Part shown: positions 57,212 to 64,000 of the stretch, piece by piece
Layout: each line of letters opens with the position of its first letter
Position numbering within the stretch: the stretch's first letter is position 1
Source: a virus
Direction: 5' to 3' (one strand)
IMG/VR virus record: IMGVR_UViG_3300050821_003995
Location: 31,022-95,021 of that record
DNA length: 64,000 bases
The notes under the pieces: generated by a model
The model's input: the letters and a program-made list of their open reading frames with translations, nothing else
The model's database searches: none
What the model was told of the DNA's origin: nothing
Translations under genes and position numbers: made by a program

Positions 57212-58669
57212 TCAGCCCATTATTTCTTGCAGAGTCATCAGGGCACTATCAAGCGTAACGGAATTGGCACCGTTGCTGCTGTTATATTTCAGCGCATAGG
57301 TGACTGACGAATTTGAGCCGGGTGCATCCAAAATCGGGAAGGCGGCACCACCCTCACTTCCAATTGCACCACCACTCCTATTACCTGCATTTTGGGCCAC
57401 GCCAATGGCAGTGGCCCCTCTGAACATCTGCATTGAGCAAAGCAGCCCGCTTGTGGCACCATTGAAGCCGCAAGCCCCCGCGTTCACAAAAATCAGATTG
57501 GCTTTGCTCGACGGTGTGATTGCCTGAGAAAGAAACGTCTGCGGCGTACCGCTGCTTGTGCTGGCCGGCGTTGCATTGCTTGCATAAATTGCCTGTATCA
57601 CGTCACCGGGCTTTTTTGCACCCGCATTGAACACAGTCATGGTATTTGGGGTACTCGTATAATTTCCGGCAGTAGCCAAACCATTTGAGTATTCTAAAAA
57701 GCCAAGGATCTTAAAAGGCTGCCCCGTAACCGTTATCCCATTTGGGCAATAGAAAACACCTGCTGACGTAGCAGCATTAGACATGGCTACGGCACTGTAA
57801 CCAAGGGACTCCAACAGTTGGAATATTGAGGCAGAGGTGGCAGTAGCCACACTGCAATTTATCAGCCCAAGAACCGGGTTGCCAGAACTGGAACTTGAAA
57901 AAAGCACTATCCAAAAACGGAAAGGAACGTTATTTGACGACCCCAGCGTTGCCCCAATACCGTTTGTGTTGATGCTGAGTGTGGCGCTGATCTTGGCGGT
58001 ATTAAGTCCCCCTTGACCATTTTGATAACTAAAACTCACCGGATCGGCTGCGGTAGGCGCCGCACCCGTTAGAGCATTTAGAAAATTAACGGTAAGAATA
58101 CCGGCGTTGACCGACGAGCTTAGCGAATATAACTGATTAACCTGGGACATCGGGTCCCATTCGGTTCCGTCATAGCCTTCAAAATTCCCCAGTGACGAAT
58201 TGTAACGAATTTGCCCCGTAACAGGCGATGGACGTTGGCCAGTAGTGCCAGCAGGGATTTGAACAGCCGCCGTACCCGTAAAGGCAATTGATCCAGCACT
58301 GACTGCGCCAGTGACAGTGAGGTTCCCACCAATTGTCTGGTTGCCGCTGACGGACGCATTGCCAGTGATGGCAACGCCTGTTGCCGTAACGACAACAATC
58401 TTCGTACCACTTGAATAGATATCGGCTTCGCCAACAGCCCCAATGCCGAAGCCCGTTGTGTTGTCGCTGGCCGCACTATATATAGGCCCCGTAGTGATGG
58501 TGCCCTTTAGAATACCGGTGATTTGAGCAGAACCGTCACAAGCAACGGAACCGGTCAGCGCAGTGGCAATGTCTGAGAAATCACTATTGACCGCCGAGGA
58601 TGAAATGACAGTCCCAGGCGTAAAGGGCGCCTGTGGTAAAGAATACACTCCTGAGGAGTTACGTGGCAT
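57212..58669 (-). CDS. Tail fibre
   Basis: MPRN.SGVYSLP anchor; P.GTT.QRP...GQIRYN...FEGY.G..W motif. Confidence 0.8.
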   Translation of the reverse strand: MPRNSSGVYSLPQAPFTPGTVISSSAVNSDFSDIATALTGSVACDGSAQITGILKGTITTGPIYSAASDNTTGFGIGAVGEADIYSSGTKIVVVTATGVAITGNASVSGNQTIGGNLTVTGAVSAGSIAFTGTAAVQIPAGTTGQRPSPVTGQIRYNSSLGNFEGYDGTEWDPMSQVNQLYSLSSSVNAGILTVNFLNALTGAAPTAADPVSFSYQNGQGGLNTAKISATLSINTNGIGATLGSSNNVPFRFWIVLFSSSSSGNPVLGLINCSVATATSASIFQLLESLGYSAVAMSNAATSAGVFYCPNGITVTGQPFKILGFLEYSNGLATAGNYTSTPNTMTVFNAGAKKPGDVIQAIYASNATPASTSSGTPQTFLSQAITPSSKANLIFVNAGACGFNGATSGLLCSMQMFRGATAIGVAQNAGNRSGGAIGSEGGAAFPILDAPGSNSSVTYALKYNSSNGANSVTLDSALMTLQEIMG

Positions 58670-58980
58670 CGTGGAGTCCTAACGTGTTCTGGTACGCCCT
58701 CCAAATAACAATTATTTACTGGGTGGTCAGTTATTGCATCTCCTTACACACACAAGCATCAATGTTTGCCATTTATCTTGTGTCACTCTTTGTGGCCTAC
58801 ATAATAACCGTAGCCCTCTCATTTGTCTTTGACTTATTGTGTCGTACCCCCAGAGGGGGCAATCTTAGGGGTGATCCCTTGCTGAGCCAACAAACCCGCG
58901 ACAACCTTAGGATCGAGGTTGCGAAGAAAGCGTTGCCCGCCAGGGCTGCTAAAAACTGGCGCCGCCGCCCCTTTTGCTAG
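58663..58980 (+). CDS. Antisense two-TM membrane protein (superinfection-exclusion candidate)
   Basis: GAGGAG RBS + GTG, AT-rich, two hydrophobic helices, opposite strand between ejection and tail genes. Confidence 0.55.
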   Translation: MASWSPNVFWYALQITIIYWVVSYCISLHTQASMFAIYLVSLFVAYIITVALSFVFDLLCRTPRGGNLRGDPLLSQQTRDNLRIEVAKKALPARAAKNWRRRPFC

Positions 58981-60438
58981 CGCAGCAACAGTGGGGGCGA
59001 TAAGGGTCCCATATATTCCTAAATCGGAAGCACCCACCAGACCACCATGATAAGCAGCCCCGGCCCCCAAACCACCGGCTGCTCCAAGAGCGGTCAGCGC
59101 TTGTGTAAAATCATAGGGCTTCGGCTGGGCAGCGTGCACAGTTTGAAGGTTCTCAGCCGTATCACGCATAGGGGTTCGTCGGTACATTGCATCAACAATT
59201 TTATCTGGGTTAAGGGGGCTAACCGTAGCCGCGCCACCCATAGGATCGGCAGAAGCCCTAGCCCCAACAAGATTAGCATGGTTGGTTCGCCAATCATCCC
59301 ATGCCCCAGGGTGTGCCCTGTCCATAGCAGCATCTAAATGCTGCGCCATGGGGCGTGTGTCCGGGTCAGCGCCCCACGTCCGATGATAGCGCTCATATTG
59401 TTGACCACTAAGTGGCTGCCCGCCCATTGTGGCTTGGTCGAAATCAGCTAAGGCCCGTGCAACAGCAGGGTTCTCAATACTCTGCCCACCAAATTGCCCG
59501 ATATGTTGAGCAGCTACATTAGCAAGCTGCGCACGCAGTGGGGGTACCGCAGGTGCTGGGATAGAAGTTTGCACACCAAGCTGATTGGCTTGATTGCCAA
59601 CATCACGTGCACGTTGCTCCTGTAACCGGCTGAATTGATCTGTGTTTCCTGGGGGTCTAACAATTCCACTCTGACGTAGCAAAGTAGGCCCACCTGCCGC
59701 TTTAATATCTGTAGGGCCGCCTTCCAAAGTAGATTGCAGCCTGCTCCCTGAAATAGCAGACGCAGGCACCCGAACCCCCTCATTCTCGAGTGCTCGTGCC
59801 GCTGCACGTACCGGCGTATTGGCAATAATCCTAGTAGTAGGTGGGGTAGCCGCACCAGCCCCGTAAGCCGCCATCCCAGCAACTATGCGTGCCGGTGTCT
59901 CATACGGTGTCCCTTCCGTTGCTTGCCCTGCGGCCTCAGATGCACCGCCTGATAATGCAGCACGCCCCATATTGGGAAGCATTTTAGAAAGCACCGGCCC
60001 ACCACCAAGCATCCCAAATGGTACAGCTTCCCCACCTGCCTGCATTACTTTTTCAGCGCCGGTTTGTGGCTCGTAAAGCGGCCCGGTTACTTTCTCAACT
60101 CCTGTTTGAACGTCTTGAGTGTTAGGCAGCCCTATGCCAAGAGCACCAGACTTCTTCAAAGTATTTATGACACTCTCAACATTTGAGCCTTCCGGCAACC
60201 ATTTATTTAGAGCCGCAGTACCCAAGTTTTGAATATCGCCCGGTAGCCCGACAATGGAAGCTGCCCCTTTAATAAGACCTGTGCCGCCTGCTTTGGTCAG
60301 CCCTTTCATTTCTGCAAGAGTGCCCTTCTCGGGCACAATAGGATCTACCGGCGCGGCACCGCCTGGAGTAGCCGCCTGCTTCTGCGCAATCAACGCATCA
60401 AGCTGTTCGTCGGTGAGATCAACAAGAGGATTGGCCAT
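58834..60438 (-). CDS. Putative DNA ejection/internal virion protein
   Basis: Gly/Ala-rich, position after lytic-domain virion protein. Confidence 0.65.
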   Translation of the reverse strand: MANPLVDLTDEQLDALIAQKQAATPGGAAPVDPIVPEKGTLAEMKGLTKAGGTGLIKGAASIVGLPGDIQNLGTAALNKWLPEGSNVESVINTLKKSGALGIGLPNTQDVQTGVEKVTGPLYEPQTGAEKVMQAGGEAVPFGMLGGGPVLSKMLPNMGRAALSGGASEAAGQATEGTPYETPARIVAGMAAYGAGAATPPTTRIIANTPVRAAARALENEGVRVPASAISGSRLQSTLEGGPTDIKAAGGPTLLRQSGIVRPPGNTDQFSRLQEQRARDVGNQANQLGVQTSIPAPAVPPLRAQLANVAAQHIGQFGGQSIENPAVARALADFDQATMGGQPLSGQQYERYHRTWGADPDTRPMAQHLDAAMDRAHPGAWDDWRTNHANLVGARASADPMGGAATVSPLNPDKIVDAMYRRTPMRDTAENLQTVHAAQPKPYDFTQALTALGAAGGLGAGAAYHGGLVGASDLGIYGTLIAPTVAALAKGAAAPVFSSPGGQRFLRNLDPKVVAGLLAQQGITPKIAPSGGTTQ

Positions 60439-60440
60439 TG

Positions 60441-62771
60441 TTACAACGGTAGCTCCTCACCCGGTGGCTTCTTCTGCTGCCTGCGGGCTTTTTCCTGTTG
60501 CAGTTCTTCCAGTGACTGCCCAGCACCGGCCGGGGCTGCCTCACTCGGTGGCTTCCTGGAGAGCGGGCCTTGCGCTATGCCACCACCACCCTTTTCAGCG
60601 GCGTCGAGTAGATCATTATAATTCTTTATTTGGTCCTCACTCAGCAACGGGTTTTTTGTCAGATAAGTTTTGATAACGGCGTTCTGACCAGCGCTGGTTG
60701 GACGATCATTGCCTATGATTGGTTTGCCGCTTTGATCCGTCATAAGCTTGCCGTTATCATCCCAACGGTAGCCTTGACGATACCAATTCGTTATCTTGCC
60801 AATCTCCATCAATTGCTTCTGCGACTGCGCCGCAATGTCAAGAATAGCTTGATTGGCACCAATGGTATTAGGCTGTGCAGCGGAAGCACGGTTGAGCAAA
60901 TTGATCTCAGCCACGCGAACTTGACCCAAACCCTTAAGGGCACTTCGCATACTACCAAGGATGTTGCTCGCAATCACCTTGTCAAATGCCTGATTGTAAG
61001 CGAGGTTGGTCTGTGCGGTCTGATCGCCCAAAAATGCCTTGGCCTGCTCCCACGCCAGTTTGATTGGGGTACCTGGGCCTTGGGTAAAGTGCGGATCATG
61101 GATGATCTTTTGTGCTAACGCAATTTGTGGCGCGGCATTGATAGCGCTATTACCATATGTTTGATTTTCGGCATAATCTTTGTTGTACTGCTCAATATCC
61201 TGTTTATTGAATTCCTTGACAGCGGTAGTTTGAATGTCACGGTTCTGTGACCAATTGGCCAATTCACCCGGCGTCATGCTGTACAAATCAGGCGAACCCT
61301 GTGCCACCTGTTGTCCAGGCTGACCGGCCGGGGCTTGGGTGTTCTCAGACGCAAAGGCCGGGGGCTTGACGGCCAAAGGGCCACCACCGGCCTGCACAGC
61401 CTCAGGCCCCTTGGTAATAATATCTGGCAACTCACCTTGTGGGGCATTTCCTTCCGCCGCAAACGGTGTGGCCTTCGGCGGTGGCATCAAATCATGCGGA
61501 ATTTCTGCCGGTGCTCCGCTTTGAGGGGCAGCCGGGGCCGGGGCTGCACCACGCCCAGATTGCGGGGGGATGACACGAATATCAGGTGGACCAACCGACG
61601 AGCCTGGGGGCATTGTGACAATTGGAGCGGGGGTTTCAACATCGCCCGCCTTAAGATGATCCATGTGCACAGGACCGGGCAAGACCCAGCGGCTATTTGG
61701 ATTACGCGGGTCGATGACAACCGTGCTGCCATACGGCCCCTGCGTTTGCAGCGGCTGGTTCTGGCTATAGTAGAAATCACTTATGTCCTTTTTCTGTTCA
61801 GGCGACGCCAGCGGATTGGACATGACCGCTTCAAACTGCTGACGAGTCACCCTTGGCCGTACCGGCAACGTACCGGCAGGTTGATCCATTGTGCTGCCCC
61901 CACGTGCGGCCGGGGCCATTGAGGGGGTGGGCAAGCCCCCCGTTTGGGGGGCCGGGCGCTGCAAGGCCAGCGCTTGGCCATCAGGGCCACCTGGGGGCCG
62001 TGTGGCAAGCGGGCCGCTACCCCCCTGCGGGGCGTTTGAAGGCTCACCGTTGAAGGCGAGTGCCTTGCTGAAGTCACCCCCATAACGGGCAACTGTCATG
62101 CCGTTTGCATCCTTGGCATTTGGGTTGCTCATACCCCTTTCACCGGCGAACCAAGCCTTAGCCGCACCCTCAGGCCCGTACTTCTGCACAAGCTGACTGA
62201 ATTTGGTTCGATATACCGCTTCCTGAGCCTGCGGGTTTTGCAAGAACTGCTGTGGTGTCATGGATGTGCCAAGCACTTCCTTGGTCCATTGAGGGATATT
62301 TTCCCCCATGACTTGGTATTTGCCATAGGCACGATCAGGCTGCCCGGTTTGAGGGCTTTTGATCACCCGGCCAAGCGCGTCATAACTTCCACCAGTCCCT
62401 TCGACAGTCGACGTGGCGGAAGAATATTTGCTGATAGGATCCGCATAACCCAAAGCTGCCGGTGGGGCTGCACTTAGAGGGCCACCACCGGATTGGGGTG
62501 GTTGATCCTCACCGCCTGCGGTAGCTGCACCCCGTGCCGCCGCCCGGTTGGTGCCCTGTTCCTGTGCGGTTGACCTCTCAAGAAGTTGACGGCCAGCCAA
62601 TGACTGAAGAATACCGCCAATACCCTGCAATCCACTGATAGCACCGCCGCTGCTTGGCGTGATTGGGCCGAATCCTTGCTCAAGTAGTCCCTTCGCAAGG
62701 GCGCGCTGGGCAGCAAGCTGGTTTGGGGTCGCGTACTGCGACGGATCGGGAAGTGTGTCGTCGGGCGGCAT
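60441..62771 (-). CDS. Internal virion protein with lysozyme/transglycosylase-like domain
   Basis: VE..GGSY.ALG..RAYGKYQ...QEA..AWFAG. Confidence 0.7.
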   Translation of the reverse strand: MPPDDTLPDPSQYATPNQLAAQRALAKGLLEQGFGPITPSSGGAISGLQGIGGILQSLAGRQLLERSTAQEQGTNRAAARGAATAGGEDQPPQSGGGPLSAAPPAALGYADPISKYSSATSTVEGTGGSYDALGRVIKSPQTGQPDRAYGKYQVMGENIPQWTKEVLGTSMTPQQFLQNPQAQEAVYRTKFSQLVQKYGPEGAAKAWFAGERGMSNPNAKDANGMTVARYGGDFSKALAFNGEPSNAPQGGSGPLATRPPGGPDGQALALQRPAPQTGGLPTPSMAPAARGGSTMDQPAGTLPVRPRVTRQQFEAVMSNPLASPEQKKDISDFYYSQNQPLQTQGPYGSTVVIDPRNPNSRWVLPGPVHMDHLKAGDVETPAPIVTMPPGSSVGPPDIRVIPPQSGRGAAPAPAAPQSGAPAEIPHDLMPPPKATPFAAEGNAPQGELPDIITKGPEAVQAGGGPLAVKPPAFASENTQAPAGQPGQQVAQGSPDLYSMTPGELANWSQNRDIQTTAVKEFNKQDIEQYNKDYAENQTYGNSAINAAPQIALAQKIIHDPHFTQGPGTPIKLAWEQAKAFLGDQTAQTNLAYNQAFDKVIASNILGSMRSALKGLGQVRVAEINLLNRASAAQPNTIGANQAILDIAAQSQKQLMEIGKITNWYRQGYRWDDNGKLMTDQSGKPIIGNDRPTSAGQNAVIKTYLTKNPLLSEDQIKNYNDLLDAAEKGGGGIAQGPLSRKPPSEAAPAGAGQSLEELQQEKARRQQKKPPGEELPL

Positions 62772-62780
62772 AGTGTGTTC

Positions 62781-63737
62781 CTAAGCCAAAGCCAACATCG
62801 GTAAGTAATCCATAATACCTGCCGCGCCAGCCCCAGCACCATAATCGGCAGCCGACAGCCCAGCAGCCGGGGCACCAGCGCTTCCGGCCCCCGTAAGGCT
62901 ACCCAAGAACCCAGCCCCGCCACCCCCGCCTGAGAACATATTCATGGCACCGTTGCCAATCCCCATCAAGCCTGAGATCATGGCATTGTACTGGTTCTGT
63001 TTATCCTGATATGAATTCTGATAAGCACTAGATAGGGCGCTAAGATTACCCGACGCATTTGGCGGTTGGATTTGGAGTGCCGCACCGCTGCGCAGTTCTG
63101 CTGTTGGGTCCACCGGGGCGCCAAAGCTGGCAAGTTTTGTTGCCATATCTGCCGGCAAGCCATATAGTTGAGTGGCTTGATTGAAAGCCTGCGGCTGGAA
63201 GTTCGCAGCCGCACCCTCAACCGCGTAACCCTGATTGGTAGTGTTGGAACGCATCGCATTATCGTAAGCTGGCGAACCCGGCGCCAACCCTTGATTTCGA
63301 AGCTGGGTATCAAGCTGCTCGGTTTGTGTCTTGAAAAACGGATCGGACGCCGACAAATAGGAGGCCATTCTTTGTCCAGTTATCCCGGACGTCATATTGC
63401 CAATCACATCCGACGGCTGTGCAGCACCATAGTTGGCACCGGAAAGGAGATTACTAGCTGAACCACCCGCAGTGGTCTTCGTGCCCTGGAGCAAATTCAA
63501 AAGGTTCTGCTGGGTAGGGCTAAGGTTGGTGCTCGACGAATAGATGGGCGTGCCGCCCGGCCCGGTGCCGGTTTGCTGATAGGTCAGCGAACCATAGGGA
63601 TCATACTGATTGTAGTTCGACCCCGCTTGGCTTTCCTGCCCAAGTCCAGTGTTTATCCCCGCTTGCTGCTGGGTAACACCAATGGATGCATTGGCAATAT
63701 CAGTGGGGTTTGGCGGTTTGGGTTGGCCCAGGCTCAT
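62781..63737 (-). CDS. Putative ejection/pilot protein
   Basis: NQYDPYGSL.Y, L.NQGL.PGS.AY motifs typical of podovirus internal proteins. Confidence 0.65.
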   Translation of the reverse strand: MSLGQPKPPNPTDIANASIGVTQQQAGINTGLGQESQAGSNYNQYDPYGSLTYQQTGTGPGGTPIYSSSTNLSPTQQNLLNLLQGTKTTAGGSASNLLSGANYGAAQPSDVIGNMTSGITGQRMASYLSASDPFFKTQTEQLDTQLRNQGLAPGSPAYDNAMRSNTTNQGYAVEGAAANFQPQAFNQATQLYGLPADMATKLASFGAPVDPTAELRSGAALQIQPPNASGNLSALSSAYQNSYQDKQNQYNAMISGLMGIGNGAMNMFSGGGGGAGFLGSLTGAGSAGAPAAGLSAADYGAGAGAAGIMDYLPMLALA

Positions 63738-63985
63738 GCTGAGCCTCCTTGGCTCAAAAGCGAAAGTAAATTGTTCTGTGGTGCCGGCGCTGTGCTGGCC
63801 CCGGTGTAAAGCGGTACGCCATTCGGTCCGTTGCCCCCAAACATTGCAGGATCAAACGTGGCTGCCGGATTTGCCGGTTGGCTTTGCGGCGGCGTAGGCA
63901 TTTGTGGTGCGGCCGTTGCAAACGGCGATGGCTGAGGAGATGCCATCACAGGGATGGGGGGTGTCACCGGCCCCGGATCAAACAT
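63734..63985 (-). CDS. Pro-rich hypothetical virion-module protein (may extend beyond window)
   Basis: Frame open to window edge; ATGA overlap with next gene. Confidence 0.5.
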   Translation of the reverse strand: MFDPGPVTPPIPVMASPQPSPFATAAPQMPTPPQSQPANPAATFDPAMFGGNGPNGVPLYTGASTAPAPQNNLLSLLSQGGSA

Positions 63986-64000
63986 TATTGGCGGGGTGGG

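Noticed and set aside
55409-58669. Diversity-generating retroelement acting on tail fibres
   Set aside because: No reverse transcriptase and no TR/VR repeat pair seen in the window
1-64000. Genome-wide TAG recoding
   Set aside because: Only one suspicious internal TAG; many genes end in TAG directly before the next start and long genes are intact in the standard code

Overview
A 64 kb segment of a tailed dsDNA phage, probably podovirus-like (ejection-protein-like and tail-fibre genes). The host is probably an Alphaproteobacterium (GcrA homologue, DUF3309-like protein). Layout: 1-5.5 kb small minus-strand genes interrupted by two long non-coding tracts; 5.6-19 kb early accessory genes (DUF3150 / MoxR AAA / DUF2201-VWA module, methyltransferase, paralogous small-protein families); 19.5-49.5 kb replication/recombination block (DnaB, SNF2, primase, sigma-like factor, intein-containing DNA MTase, beta clamp, UDG-PolA fusion with intein, DnaX, UvsY-like, SSB, RecA, resolvase, SbcD/SbcC); 49.5-64 kb minus-strand lysis, tail-fibre and ejection genes. 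No integrase, CRISPR array or tRNA was seen. Most notable: (1) two ~600-700 nt densely base-paired non-coding regions (about 345-960 and 4343-5012) preceded by the same GTTTATTCG-N14-TRGTGGTT motif, plus a third ~550 nt hairpin array and a ~150 nt 6S-like hairpin, i.e. a candidate phage large-ncRNA repertoire; (2) a PolA intein whose endonuclease is encoded in a different, overlapping reading frame; (3) an HNH gene that duplicated the C-terminus of its UvsY-like host gene; (4) two foreign-looking small-gene blocks sharing junction sequences; (5) three expanded families of uncharacterised paralogues. Family assignments come from motif recognition and RNA pairings were checked by eye; no database search or folding program was run.
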